Assembly (NCBI RefSeq): GCF_964213995.1
Contig: NW_027590197.1
Location: 186,001 to 250,000, forward strand
Direction of reading: 5' to 3'
DNA length: 64,000 nt
DNA from: Mustelus asterias
Lineage: Eukaryota
In this document: piece after piece, positions 35,767 to 49,320 of the stretch
How the letters are laid out: each line of letters begins with the position of its first letter
Numbering within the stretch: the first letter of the stretch is position 1
The notes under the pieces: model-generated
Seen by the model: the letters and a program-made list of their open reading frames with translations, nothing else
Told to the model about the DNA's origin: nothing
Databases searched by the model: none
Program-made: the position numbers and the translations under genes

Positions 35767-36939
35767 GTTTAATATTCAATGATATTCAGGTTACGATAAA
35801 TTGTACACCTCTGTCAGCTCCTGGTGTGATGTTTGGTTTCAGTTTCCTGACTGTAAATCCTCCTCTTCAAAAACCCTGTGAAATTGATTTAAAACAAAAA
35901 AACAGGAGTGAGAGAGAACCCACAAAAACACAAAGGCAGCTTGTGAAATTGAGCTGAATGAATCTGGTCATTTGTCTGATACTAATGAACAGTGCTGGAT
36001 TATCATAAAAACCCAACTGATTCACTAATGTCCATCAGGGAAAGGAACCTACCACCCAGTTTGGGGTCTGTACAGACTCAGGCCTCTACTTAAGGAGAGT
36101 ACAAGACAGTGGGAGAGAATGGGGAGTAATGCAAGAGGTGAGGTTGTGGGGGGGGTGGGGGAGGTGCTGGTGATGGCAGGAGGAGAGGGATTTTACACAT
36201 CTATAACTCAGCTGGAGCTTTGACAGAATCTCCCAAACCCTCAACTTCCACCACCTGGAAGGACCAGGATCACAAGTGTGAATGAACACCTCTAAATTCA
36301 CCTTCAAGTCTCACACACTGGGGGATTTTCACAGTAACTTCATCGCAGTGTTAATATAAACCTACTCGTGACATGAATAAATAAACTTTTTTAAAAAGCG
36401 TTAAACACACTGTCCTGACTTGTCTGCCATCCAGTGCTGGATGAACAGATATTTTATATATTGGGAAGACTGAAGCCACTGGTTTCAGTCTTTGCTACAA
36501 ACTTCACTCCCCAGCCACCGACTCCATCTCTCTCCCTGATAATTGTCCAAGGCTGAACATGATTGTTCACAGCCATGGTGACATGTTTCACCTCAGGAAT
36601 TAGGAGTCGGCCATTCGGTCCGTCAGGTCTTTCACTTCAGTCACTGTTTCAAGTCTGGATGACCCTTCTCCAAACAGTCATTCAGACTCGGAACGTTGGC
36701 TCTATTCTCTCTCCAAAGATGCTGTCAGACATGCTGAGATTTTCCAGCACTTTCTGTTTTTTGTTAAACATTCACTTGATTGCAGTTTGCTGTGGGTAAA
36801 TCCTCCCCTTCTAACCCATGTAAAATAAGTTTCCAAAACCCATCACTCTCAGTCCAGGATAGAAATTCACAACATTGTGTCTGCCTGCTTTCCGGCTCAG
36901 GATTACTTAAGCTGGGACACATTTTCATTGGAAGCAGAT

Positions 36940-37270
36940 GAGAAAATGTTCACTAGGCTGACTCCTGTGATGAGGGGGTTTGGCTTCTGAGGAAAGGTGG
37001 AACAGGTTGGGTCTTTACCCATTGGAATTCAGAAGAATGAGTGGTGATCTTGGTGAAGCATATTAGATCCTGGGGGAGCTTGACCGGGTAGATTCTGAGA
37101 GGATGTTTCCCCTCATGGGGTAATATCGAATTATGAAACAGTTAAAAAATAAGAGGTCTCTCAGTTTACACCATGAGGAGAAACATATTCTCTATGAAGA
37201 TCATTAGTCTTTGGAAATCCCTTCGCCAGTAAGTAGGAGGCTTGGTCATTGAATACATTTCAGGCTGTGT
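36940..37270 (+). mobile_element. Degenerate CR1 3' fragment
   Basis: aaaatgttcactaggctgactcctgtgatg...ttggaattcagaagaatgagtggtgatct. Confidence 0.65.
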
Positions 37271-37279
37271 TAAGTTGAT

Positions 37280-38050
37280 AAGATATTGGAGCAGAATGAG
37301 GGCATTTGGCCCATCGAGTCTGCTCCGCTGATATGCTCCTCATTCCCATTTTCCTGCCTACTCCCTATAACCAGTTAAAAATCTGTCTAACTCCTCCTTA
37401 AATTTACTCACTGTCCCAGCATCCACCACACTTCGGGGCAGCGAATTCCAGATTCACAACCCTTTGGGAGAAGTAGTTTCTCCTCAACTCTGTTTTACGT
37501 TTGCTGCCCCTTATCCTAAGACTATGACCTCTCGTCCTCGAATGCCCCACAAGAGGAAGCATCCACTCCACGTCTACTTTCATCACCTTGTGTACCTCGA
37601 TTTGATCTCCCCTCATTCTTCTAAATTCCAGAGAGTATAGGCCTATCTCTCTTCATACGACAAACCCTTCATCTCTGGAATCAATCTAGTGAACCTCCTC
37701 TGAACTGCCTCCAATGCCACTACACCTTTCCTCAAATAAAGGGACCAAAACTATGCACAATACTCCAGGTGTGGCCTCACCAATGCCTTGTATAGTTCCT
37801 TACATTTATATTCTAATCCTTTAGCTATAAATGCCAACATTCCATTCACTTTCTTTACAATCTGCTGTACCTGCATGCTGGCTTCCTGTGACGGGTGAAC
37901 GAGGACACCCAGATCCTTCTGCACTGGAGCACCCCGAAGTCGCTCCCCATTTAGATAATAAATCGCCTTCCCAACACTCCAGCCCAGGCAACATGCTGGT
38001 GACTCTCCTCTGTACCCTTTCTCGTGCAATCACATCCTTCCTATCGTGTT
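37280..38050 (-). mobile_element. Degenerate CR1 3' fragments
   Basis: ORFs 37404-37616 (MRGDQIEV...TRGHSLR...YFSQRVV) and 37751-38029 (KDLGV...RPHLEYC). Confidence 0.75.
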
Positions 38051-38224
38051 CCTCAGTGTTCCTCTGTCTGTCTGATTCTGTCAGTTGATGTTTCTGAGAT
38101 TCACCTTGGGACACTCTCCTACATTAAAGGTCTGATATAAATCAAAGTTATTTTTAAATCACATTGTAACAGACTGGGGAAGTCAGGATTAAAACAATAT
38201 CTGGGTAAATGGAGTTTGGTCACA

Positions 38225-38564
38225 GGGCGGCACGGTAGCACAGTGGTTAGCACTGCTGCTTCACAGCTCCAGGGTTCCGGGTTCGATTCCCGGCTCGGGT
38301 CACTGTCTGTGTGGAGTTTGCACATTCTCCTCGTGTCTGCGTGGGTTTCCTCCGGGTGCTCCGGTTTCCTCCCACAGTCCAAAGATGTGCGGGTTAGGTT
38401 GATTGGCCAGGTTAAAAATTGCCCCTTCGAGTCCTGGGATGTGTAGGTTAGAGGGATTAGCGGGTAAATATGTGGGGGTAGGGCCTGGGTGGGATTGTGG
38501 TCGGTGCAGACTCGATGGGCCGAATGGCCTCCTTCTGCACTGTAGGGTTTCTATGATTCTATGA
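38225..38564 (+). mobile_element. Full-length HE1-like SINE
   Basis: Pol III A-box TAGCACAGTGG and B-box GGTTCGATTCC, central domain, CR1-derived tail gggccgaatggcctccttctgcactgtaggg...(TTCTATGA). Confidence 0.9.
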
Positions 38565-38950
38565 GATCAGCCGTGACCCCAGTCAATAAGAGAACAGGCT
38601 CGAGGGGGATAAATGATTTCCTCCTGTTCCCAATAAACTTGGGCTCAAACACCAGCTGATGAATGGAAAGTGATGGGAGAACTGGGGGGGAAGACACTTC
38701 ACCAGAAACCAGCACTGGGGCAGAGTTAAAGAGTAGGACAGTCCTGTGGACAGACTACTCAGGAAATGGAATAGGTTGTTCAGCCCTTCAAGTCTGCTCT
38801 GTTATTCAATTAGACCCTGGTTGATCCATTAGTCTATCTGAACTTGAACAAATACCTGAATTGTTAACTCAAGCTGGTTACAGCAGTTATTAACAGCAGC
38901 AGAAACACACCATAGCTATCAGAATGCACATGGGTCAGTGCAGGATGTGA

Positions 38951-39463
38951 TTACCTGTTCAATAACTGGGGAATCTTGTGAACTCGCTGGTGTCTCATTA
39001 GGTTTTGTGACTGTTTGAATCCCTTCCCACACACGGAGCAGGTGAATGGCCTCTCCCCGGTGTGAACTCGCTGGTGTGTCAGGAGATCAGATGAGTTAGT
39101 GAATCCCTTCCCACACACGGAGCAGGTGAAAGGCCTTTCCCCAGTGTGAGCACGCTTGTGTTTCAGCAGGTGAGATGAACTGCTGAATCCCTTCATACAC
39201 ACAGAGCAGGTGAATGGCCGCTCCCCAGTGTGAAGTCGCTGGTGAGTGCGAAGGTTGAACATTCGACTAAAACTCTTCCCACACGCGGTGCAGATGAACA
39301 GACTCTTCCCAGTGTGATTGCGCTGATGTGCTTCCAGCTGGGATGGAGAACTGAATTCCTTCCCACAGTCCCCACATTCCCATGGGTTCTCTATGGTGTA
39401 GATGTCCTTGTGTTTCTCCAGGTTGGATGATTTAATGTGTGTATATTTCAAATATCCTGTCAA
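38951..39463 (-). pseudogene. C2H2 zinc-finger array, 5 fingers, linker deleted and conserved start ATG changed to ATA (unit 6)
   Basis: Open frame, but the paralogous ACC ATG GAG reads ACC ATA GAG (~39390); acceptor block directly upstream. Confidence 0.6.
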
Positions 39464-40379
39464 AGGAGTTTAGAAACATCACTATCAATACAAGATCGAA
39501 ATTCAGAACAGACATTTCTACTTTCTGTGGAACATCGTTTCCTCACTTGTTCCTGTGCAGCAGTAAATCCTCATCCTGAACACTTTCCCTCCTCCCTGTC
39601 CTGCAGCCAACTCCCACACTGACCAACCAGCTCATATTTCAATGGATTGTCCCGTGTTTGAGTCCAGTGTGCCAGGCTGCATGGTATATGGGTGCTGTTT
39701 CACCCATAAGATAGATGTGTGCAGCACCCTCTTCCAGCTGTTCTGGCTGCCAACCAGCCCATGTCCACCCTCGCAGTTCCAGCAGCACCGCGCACAATAC
39801 TGCTCACCTGCTCTAACAGACTCATGAAGGATGTCCTTTCGTTTTCTCTGAGAGAGTTGGTCAGCCTGGCAAACCCAGTGTGAAATATCTTCACAAATCT
39901 TTTCTCCCACCCTCTATTCTGGATGGGTTCAGTTCTCTTTTGAATAGAGTGAAAATAAAATCAATTATTTTCTCTGCTGATCACTGCAGGGAGCTGCAGC
40001 TTTTTACTGGGGGTGTTGGGGCCTCCAGCGGGTGTTTGTGAATCCTCCCCGCCCACCTCCCAGGGTTTCCTTCCTTCCCAGAGATCAGAGTCCTCATTGA
40101 TTTGAGGCCAAAGTGTAACCTCTTATTTATTGTCCCCCTCCCCCATCCTCTGATGTGAACCATCCTCCAGTGGCTGAGCCAGGATGGGGCCGTTAACCTG
40201 GGCCTGTTCCCGGGAGGGAGGGAGGGAGGGAGAAGCCCCGCAGCTGCAAACCAGGGAGCTGACAATGATTCTGAAGGGTTTGCGGATCCACAAAGTGTTT
40301 CCAAATCCTCGCAGCCACCGCCTGACGCTGACTCCGCTTCTCCGGGACAAAGGACTCTCGCTCCCGAGGCGAACAAAGG

Positions 40380-40830
40380 AATTGCGCATGCTCCACATTC
40401 AGATCGAGTGTCCGGCCTCATCAGCCGGACCGGACTGCGCATGTGCCAGTTCACAATGCCCCGGGGAGGGTGATTGACGGCAACTCCGGACCAATAGGAG
40501 GAGGGAGGCGGGCCTGGACTACCGTGGGGGAGCAGCTGGTCCTCCAACCAATCAGCGTGAAAGAGGGGCTCCGACGGAAGCATGCGCATTACGGGTAATG
40601 GCGACGGCGAATGCTTATGACCTCGGATCCGTAATCGCCGATCGGTGGGTACGATTGAACCGGCGAGTAGACGGAAAGGCTTCAGAAACCGGTTGTGCGG
40701 ATCTGTAAACTCCCCCTAAAATTCACCAGTTCCCCCATTTGCATCGAGCGGGTCAAAGATCCCTGAGATCGGCCCACGCGTTAACGACCTCCATCTTTAT
40801 TGGGGGCAATACGCGGCGGTGCGCATGGGT
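40380..40830. promoter_or_regulatory. Putative bidirectional promoter between unit 6 (-) and unit 7 (+)
   Basis: Several TGCGCATG sites, two CCAAT boxes, a GC box and TAATGGCG; strongly CpG-rich. Confidence 0.65.
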
Positions 40831-41159
40831 GATCACCATCTGTTTTTTATGTTTGCATTATTTAGTTTATAAAAACAATGGCATCATCCAGCCAATAAAA
40901 ACATGATAATACATATCTGGACAAGTTGTTCCAATTGACTACAACATTGTGGTGCTAATTATGTATACAGCCATGAACAGAACTGGGCCAGCTGGCATTT
41001 CCAATGCAAATTGTCATGTAATTGCAACATGGAAGATGTCTAAAATTGAATTTGCAAAGTAATGACAGCATTGTTATTCATAGTATGAATATGGAAAATA
41101 AAAGACCTGTTTCAGCAAACCTTCAGGTGAGGTAATTTAGGAAGTGCTAATCACCATCT

Positions 41160-42200
41160 TTGGAAGGAAGGATTTGCAGTTGGAAAACTCAAACTAAACA
41201 TCACATCAGAATCTGATGGAGTCACTCAATTTATCCAAATCTGAAATCATTGGGTTGTAAATGTGGAAGGAGAAAGTACCATTCACAGTGGGGAGAAACC
41301 GTCCGTGTGTTGTGTGTGTGGATGAGGCTTCATCTGATTGTGGAACCTGGAGAGACACAGGACACCCACAGCATGAAGAAACTGTGGAAATGTGAGGCCT
41401 GTGGGAAGGGATTCAGTTACTCAGTTATACTGGAAACTCATCAGTGCGTTCACACTGGGGAGAGGCCATTTACCTGCACCGAGTGTGGGAAGAGCTTCGC
41501 AAATTCAACCAACCTGCTGAGACACCAGCTCGTTCACACTGGGGAGAGGCCGTTCACTTGCACTGAATGAGGGAAGGGATTCACTCATTCATCATATCTG
41601 TTGAGACACCAACCAGTTCACACTGCAGAGAGACCTTTTAAATGCATGGACTGTGTGAAGTGCTGCAAAACCTCTGGGAACTGAAGCACCATCAGCATGT
41701 TTCACACTGGGGAGAGGCCGTTCAGGTGCTCTCACTGTGGGACTGGGTTCACACAATCATCTGACCTCACTGTACACCAGCGGATTCACACTGGGGAGAG
41801 GCCGTTCACCTGTAAAGAGTGTGGGAAGGGATTTGCTCAGATGTCCACTCTGCTGACACACCAGTGGATTCACACTGGAAAGGGACCATTCACCTGCCCT
41901 GAGTGTGGAAAGAGATTCATTAATTCATCCCACCTGCTAACGCACCAGCAGATCCACACTGATGAGACTGAACTGCGGAAAGTGCAACAAAAGTTCTGGG
42001 GAACTGCTGTCCCATCAATGAGTCCACACTGACGAGAGACAATTCAAGTGTTGTCATTTTGGTCTGAGTTCAGGTAACCTCATCCCACTGTACACCAGTG
42101 CATTGACACTGAGGAGAGAATGTTCACTCCCTCTGAATGTGGGAAGAGAGTCACTCATTCGTCCCATCCGCTGAGATCCAGTGATTTCAGAAATAACTAC
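41160..42200 (+). pseudogene. C2H2 zinc-finger pseudogene (unit 7)
   Basis: Finger repeats broken by TGA stops (~41568, ~41682) and frameshifts. Confidence 0.8.
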
Positions 42201-43020
42201 ATTAATTGTATTTTACTTTTAATCACAACCAGTACTGAATCGCATTCTTTGGGGTCTGTTTCTACTGCTGATGATAAACTCCAGGCCAGTTGTATGTTTT
42301 TAATCTTCTGGTTAAAAGTTAAATAAATCAGCTTTATGTTAAGCTGAGCGTCAATCTTTTTGATATCGGCAATATGTTAGGAGTTTTTGAGATGCTCTGC
42401 CCATTCCCTCTTTCCTCCATCCTCACTTCCAATAACAAGTGTAAGCAGCTCATAGAGCTTCTTTAAGATTGAGAACATCCAATGAATTACCTCTACTACT
42501 TCCAACAGCCCACCAGAAAAATACTGCTTCTAAAGTTCCTCATTGTCTGAGCTCTGAACCTGCATCTTCCTCTGGGTTCTGTCACCATTTAATTGGGACC
42601 ATCAGTGGAGGTGTTTTTAACCCAGCATTCCCCATGGTTGAGAGTATCCCCTTTCCACAGCACAGGAGAGCAATGGGCAGGCCTGGTTCTGCCCTGTGCT
42701 TGGAGCATCCGCAGTGTCAGCCATGACAATGAACAGACGTTTCTCTCTCGGATCCACGATGGGTAAAAGGTGGGATGGTGGGAGCAATGGATTTGGTGGG
42801 TGGATAGAGATTCTCCAGAAACATGTTGTGTAAACTACAAATCCCAAATGAGAAGCTACTGAGTGGACACAAGGGGAATTATCCTGGTGACAAAGCTGGA
42901 GCAGGAGGAGAGAATGTTGTGAATTTCTATCCTGGATGGATTTCGAAAACTCCTTTGACGGGGTTAGAAGGGGAGGATTTACACACGGCAATCTCAAACT
43001 AAAGAAAGGTTCATCTCTAC

Positions 43021-43272
43021 AGGGTGGCACAGTGGTTAGCACTGCTGCCTCACTGTCTGTGTGGAGTTTGCACATTCCACCTGTGACTTTAGGGGTTTTC
43101 TCCAGGTGCTCTGTTTTCGTCCCACAGTCAAAAGATGTGCAGGTTAGAGGATTAGCGGGGTAAACGTGTGCAGTTGCTGGCGGTGGGCCTGGGTAAGATG
43201 TTCTTTTGCAGAGTCAGTGCAGACTCGTTGGGCTGAATGGCCTCCTTCTACACTGTAGGGGATTCTATGATT
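43021..43272 (+). mobile_element. HE1-like SINE, internally deleted
   Basis: ggtggcacagtggttagcactgctgcctcac...gggattctatgattct. Confidence 0.75.
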
Positions 43273-43924
43273 CTTCGGATACAGGTCTTCAAATGGGATG
43301 GACAGGTAGATATGGACAGAATGTTTCCACTGTGATACACAGTAAATAGTAGTAAATCCAACCACTTACACCCAGGCACCAAATCCAGAGACCACTTCCA
43401 CCATGACATCAAACTCAAGGACCACTTACAACGAGACACCAAATTTAAGCAGCAATAAAAGGACATCTAAGCAAGCAGCCAATGTCACAATAAAATAAAG
43501 CTGTTTACAAACTGCGGAGAACATGTTCTAAAAAAATACATTTCTTAAAGGCACACGAGCGTCACTTTCTTGAAAACATAAAGGGCGCAATCTTCCCCAA
43601 CAAAAGTTCTATTTGTCAAAAGAGTCTGACGAGTTTGGCACTGCAATCTTCCCAAACTCTGTCAATTTCTTTAGCAATTGGGAGATTTGTGTCCATGGGG
43701 GAGCGGGTGGTGTAGAGCTTTTGCATGCCAGGGAAGCCATCAAAATCAACGATGACAATTGCAAAGATCAGAACATTTCAAAGGCTCTCACATGCAGTAC
43801 GTGTGGTGGAGTTTTAATAAACAGGATTCCAAAAGGGTTAATTGAGCCAGAAAATAACAGATTTCTTCTGCAATATCGTTCTACAATGGGTGGTTCACAG
43901 GAACTCCAGATGTGTGTAAAGTGA

Positions 43925-45135
43925 AACACATTGACGAAGGGAAAGCGGTAGATGCGGTTTATATGGATTTCAGCAAGGCGTTCGATAAGGTCCCCCATGC
44001 AAGGCTTCTAGAAAAAGTGAGAGGGCATGGGATCCAAGGGGCTGCTGCCCTGTGGATCCAGAACTGGCTTGCCCAAAGGAGGCAGAGAGTGGGTATAGAT
44101 GGGTCTTTTTCTAAATGGAGGTCGGTCACCAGTGGTGTGCCGCAGGGATCAGTTCTGGGACCCTTGCTGTTTGTCATTTTCATAAATGACTTGGATGAGG
44201 AAGTGGAGGGATGGGTTGGTAAGTTTGCCGACGACACGAAGGTTGGTGGGGTTGTGGATAGTCTGGAGGGATGTCAGACGTTACAGAGGGACATAGATAG
44301 GATGCAGGACTGGGCGGAGAAGTGGCAGATGGGCTTCAACCCAGATAAATGCGTAGTGGTCCATTTTGGCAGGTCAAATCGGATGAAGGAGTACAATATA
44401 AAGGGAAAGACTCTTAGTACTGTAAAGGATCAGAAGGACCTTGGGGTCCGGGTCCATAGGACTCTAAAATCGGCCCCGCATGTGGAGGAGGTGGTTAAGA
44501 AGGCGTATGGTGTGCTGGCCTTTATCAATCGAGGGATTGAGTTTAGCAGTCCGGGGATAATGATGCAGCTATATAAGACCCTCGTCAGACCCCACTTGGA
44601 GTACCGTGCTCAGTTCTGGTCGCCTCATTACAGGAAGGATGTGGAAAAGATTGAAAGGGTGCAGAGGAGATTTACAAGGATGTTGCCTGGATTGAGTGGC
44701 ATGCCTTATGAGGATAGGCTGAGGGAGCTCGGTCTTTTCTCCTTGGAGAGACGTAGGATGAGAGGAGACCTAATAGAGGTATATAAGATGTTGAGAGGCA
44801 TAGATAGGGTGGACTCTCAGAGGCTTTTTCCCAGGGTGGAAATGGCTGCTACGACAGGACACAGGTTTAAGGTGCTGGGGTGTAGGCACAGGGGAAATGT
44901 TAGGGGGAAGTTTTTCATACAGAGGGTGGTGGGTGAGTGGAATCGGCTGCCGTCAGTGGTGGCGGAGGCAAACTCAATAGGGTCTTTTAAGAGACTCCTG
45001 GATGAGTAGATGGGACTTAATAGGATGGAGTGTTATGATGGAGTGTTATAGGTAGGCCTAAAAGGTAGGGATATGTTCGGCACAACTTGTGGGCCGAAGG
45101 GCCTGTTTTGTGCTGTAGTTTTCTATGTTTTCTAT
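43925..45135 (+). mobile_element. 5'-truncated CR1 LINE with open RT ORF
   Basis: ORF 43912-45009 with DFSKAFDKV, GVPQGSVLGP, FADDTK; tail gggccgaagggcctgttttgtgctgtag. Confidence 0.9.
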
Positions 45136-46424
45136 TACAGTTCAATTTGTCACACCCAAAAGTAGAACACTCAAACAGAACAAGCTTGTGGTTTCTTTTC
45201 TTCTTCTCCTGTCTGAGAGAAGAAGCAAAAACCGTGTTAAATATTAATCTCTGAGCTCGATATCCAGGTCAAAGCTTCTGGTGTAAGATTTCTTATGAGT
45301 TTAGGGGCAGCCAGTGGCGAAGTAATATTGAACAAGTAATCCAGAAACCCAAAGTCATGTTCTGGGGACCTGGGTTCAAATCCCACCATGGCAGCTGGTG
45401 GAATTTGAATTCAATAACAAAAAAATCCAGAAATAAACTTTTAATGAAACCAATGCCGATTGTCATAAAAAAACTCTTGTCCTTTAGGAAAGGAAATCTG
45501 CCACCCTTACCCGGTATGTTCCATGTGTGACTCCAGATCCACAGCGATGTGGGTCTTTAAATGGTCCAGCAAGCCATTCAGTTCAAGGGCAATTAGGTTT
45601 GAGCAATGAGTATGGACAGAGTAAATAGTCAGAAACCCTTCCCACTCAAGAGAGCACCAAGAAGTAGGGCACAGATTCAAAGTATTTAGCAAAGGAGTAA
45701 GAGTGATGTGAGTAAAAATGTTTCACTCAGAGGTTGGTTGGAGTCTGGAACAAATTCACTGAGAAGGTCGTGGAGGCAGGTTCTATCAAGGTATTGAAAA
45801 GAAAATTCGATTGCTATCCGAAAAGAAAGAATGTGCAATGTTACGGGAATAAGGCAGGGAAGTAGGACTGGGTACAATGCCCTTTCAGAGACTCAGGACA
45901 GACTCAATGGGCTGAATGGTGTCCTTCTGCACTGTGAGGATTCTGTGTTTCTGTCAGCACAGACCCCACATCATCAGCATTGGAACTGAAACTCCCATCA
46001 TTACATCAACACCAGAACCACGATGAATTTCAGAAAACTGGGAAATCTTCCAAAAGGCAATGACACCAACAGGTGGGTTTAACCAAGCACCCAATGTCTT
46101 CAATAGATTGATAGGATTGATGAAAGTTCAGAGTTTAATCCGGGAGAAGATGAATCAGAGAACAGAAATAATCTTGAGCAAGAAAAGGCCCAAATAATGG
46201 CACTGTCAAAAACAGGAGATCAATCATTCTCCTCTTATTATTGGAGAAATCCAAAACACTGTGTTTGAATCAAAGCTGATTTAATCAACATTTACAAACA
46301 ACATCACTGCATACACCAGCTTTCATGCTTATTAATATCAGCAGCAACAAACTCCAACTGTCAGAATGAACATGGTTCAGTCCTGGATGCGATTAACAGC
46401 AGATTCTAAATCCAATCCCTTCAG

Positions 46425-47294
46425 TTACTTGTGAACTCGCTGGTGCCTCAGCAGTGTGGATGAACGACTGAATCTCTTTCCACACACTGAGCAAGGAAAT
46501 GGCCTCTCCCCGGTGTGAACTCGCTGGTGTGTCAGCAGGGTGGACAACTGAGTGAATCCCTTCCCACACACTGAGCAGGTGAACGGCCTCTCCCCAGTGT
46601 GACTCCGCTGGTGATTAAGTAGGTTGGACATCCAAGTGAAGCCTTTCCCACAGAAAAAGCAGGTGAAGGGTCTCTCCCTGGTGTGAGTGAGTTGGTGCAT
46701 CAGCAGATCCGTCTGGCTTTTAAAGTACTTCTCACAGTCAGGACATTTAAACAGCCTCTTATCAGTATGAACAAGTTGGTGTGTCAGTAGGTCGAATGAA
46801 CGGGTAAATCCCTTCCCACACACGGAGCAGGGGAACAGTCTCTCCCCAGTGTGAGTGCGTTTATGGTTCAACAGATCATTTTTCCTTTTATAGTTTTTCT
46901 CACAGTCAGAACATTGGAAAGGTCTCTCCTCACTGTGGATTCGATGGTGTGACAGGAGGTGGGATGAGTTTGTGAAGTCTTTCCCACAGACGGAGCAGGT
47001 GAATGGTCTCTCCCCAGTGTGAACACGCCGGTGTCTTAGAAGGTGGGATGATTTAGTGAATTCTTTCTGACGCACAGAGCAAGTGAATGGCCTCTCCCCA
47101 GTGTGACTGCGGTGATGAATATGTAACTCAGATGGGCAATCAAATCCCTTCCCACAGTCTCCACATTTCCACGGTTTCTCCCCAGTGGGACAGCACTTGT
47201 GTTTTGACAGGTTTGATGAGCGACTGAAACCTCGTCCACACACAGAACATGTAAACACCTTCTCCCCATTGTGAACGGTGCTTTTTGATTCCAT
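46425..47294 (-). CDS. C2H2 zinc-finger protein, 10 fingers, one degenerate (CSVR) (unit 8)
   Basis: Open ORF from ATG GAA TCA AAA AGC. Confidence 0.85.
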   Translation of the reverse strand: MESKSTVHNGEKVFTCSVCGRGFSRSSNLSKHKCCPTGEKPWKCGDCGKGFDCPSELHIHHRSHTGERPFTCSVRQKEFTKSSHLLRHRRVHTGERPFTCSVCGKDFTNSSHLLSHHRIHSEERPFQCSDCEKNYKRKNDLLNHKRTHTGERLFPCSVCGKGFTRSFDLLTHQLVHTDKRLFKCPDCEKYFKSQTDLLMHQLTHTRERPFTCFFCGKGFTWMSNLLNHQRSHTGERPFTCSVCGKGFTQLSTLLTHQRVHTGERPFPCSVCGKRFSRSSTLLRHQRVHK

Positions 47295-47824
47295 GTTCAG
47301 AAGTCGATGATGTTCAGGCCCTGATGATTTGGGTGTCTGTCAGATCCTGATGTGATGTTTGATCTGAGTTTCCCACCTACAAATCCTCCTCTTCCAATAT
47401 GCTGTAAAATTAATTCAAAAAGGAGAAAAAAACAGTGATAAACACAAAGGTAGGTTGTGAAATTCAGCTGAATGAATCCGGTAATTTGTGGAGCCGGCAC
47501 AAGGAAAAAGTGACTCCGGAAGCTGCTGGATTGTGATTAAAAACTCAAATGGTTTGCTAATGTCCTTCAATTCAGGAAACCTGCCACCCAGTCCAGATCT
47601 ACACAAGAATTCAACCTTAATGGGAGGAGAAAGATAGAGATGAAACAGGGAGGGAATGAACGGTAAGGACTTTATACATCTACAACTGGCCAAGAACTTT
47701 GACAGAACCTGCCAAACCACAACCTTCACCAACTCAAAGGATGCAGGAAAACTATCACCTCCAAATGTCGCTTTCAATCTCAAAACAACTTGTAATCCTG
47801 AGGTAACCTGTAACCTCCTGCATT

Positions 47825-48015
47825 TAAGGGGCAATTTAGCCTGGTCAATCCACCTAACCTGCCCACCTTTGGGGTGTGGGAGGAAACCGGAGCACCTAAA
47901 GGAAACTCATGCAGTCACAGATATAACGTGCAAACTCCACACAGTCACCCAAAGCTGGAATTGAACCCGGGTCCCTGGTGCTGTGAAACAGCAGTGTTGA
48001 CCACTGTGCCACCCT
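47825..48015 (-). mobile_element. HE1-like SINE 5' part
   Basis: Reverse complement of ggtggcacagtggtcaacactgctg...gggttcaattcc. Confidence 0.7.
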
Positions 48016-48889
48016 GTGCCACTGTACTATATTGCTCAGAAATAAGTTTTAGGATTTTGGCCGAGTGATTGTGAAGGCAGAGCAGTAAACTACCAAGTCA
48101 CAATAGTGTGTGATTCTGAAGAGTAAATGCAGGTAGTGGGGTTTCCATGCACAAACTGCCCTAATCCATATTGGAGAAGAGGTTTGTAGTTTTGGAAGCT
48201 GCTGTCAAAGGAGTTTTAGCCAATTGCTGGTAATTCCAGTAATGTCCATGTTCCAGTTATTAATTTGAAAATTTTCTAAATGAAAATTTAATGAAAATCC
48301 CTGACAGAACTACTTTTTCCTTACTTGAAACACAGCTTTAAATGGTCCGTTTGTTTCTAGATTCAGTTCCATGAGCAACGCCTTCAACTAAACAAAATCA
48401 AAACACTGCAGCTGCTGGAAATCTGAAATGAAAAGAGAAAACGTTGGAAATACTCATCAGCATCTATAGAGACAGAAATAGAGTTAATGTTTGCAGTCAC
48501 TGATGCTCCTCTAATAAAACACATACCAATAGCTGCTGTTTAATGGGGCCGTGGATCGCACAATCCCCTGTGCCCCAGAAACAGCTCTATCCATCACACA
48601 CATTTCCCATTATGACACTTCTATGTCAAGAGGGCGAGCTGTTTAAAAGTCGTCAAGTTCCATTTTTGCGTGTTGATGTTCATTAAAGATACGGATCGAC
48701 TTCCCCCTCATTATGTATCAATTTCAGATACTTTGGTCGAGAATTTCCATTCCCCTACTTCCTGGTGGATAATGGATGCCTTGAGCACTTCGATTACAGT
48801 ACATTTGATTCCTAATTTTATTAACTGCACCCCATCCCTAATTTTCACATCGCAGCAGAAAAAGCTACTGTTCACAAATGAGGAGTTTC

Positions 48890-49320
48890 GATGGCGTGCG
48901 TTTTACCCACCATTCCTCGCGGTGGGGAATGTCCCCTATCCACAGCACGGGAGAGTTGTGCATGCGCAGTGAAGCAGTGTTTGACGCGTGCGTAGCGTGG
49001 ACAATGGCAATGGAGAGGGACGTTCCTCTGTCTCATCAACAACCGGTAAGGATGCGGATACATGGAGGGAGGATTGGAACCAGCAGATGGACGGAGAGGG
49101 TTTCTAAATATCTGGTGAAGGTCTCAAACCTCTAATAGTAATCCGCAGGTCCCGTGTTTGCAGCTTCAGGTCTTTTTCCCGAGACGAGGCGAGGTTAACA
49201 GCCGCCATCTTGATTCAGCAGGGAGCGGAGCGCATGCGCTGGTGTCTTGGTGACGCAACAGAGAGTGGGTGGGGCTTAGGCATTTTCTGCTCCCAACCGG
49301 GTCCGAGTGACCGGAATGCA
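48890..49320. promoter_or_regulatory. CpG-rich promoter-like cassette between unit 8 (-) and unit 9 (+)
   Basis: GTGCATGCGCA (~48958), GCCGCCATCTTG (49201-49212), AGCGCATGCGCT (49229-49240). Confidence 0.55.

Noticed and set aside
38225-38300. tRNA gene
   Set aside because: A and B boxes belong to the tRNA-derived head of a multi-copy SINE; no complete cloverleaf seen
39981-40589. 202-aa minus-strand ORF (and 19390-19869)
   Set aside because: GC-rich promoter/leader sequence; the frame is not preserved between the two copies (4-bp GGGA indel)
42834-42850. ZNF143/SBS-like motif ACTACAAATCCCAAATG
   Set aside because: Homologous leader positions (e.g. ~20092) lack it and the surrounding promoter copy is CpG-decayed; probably chance
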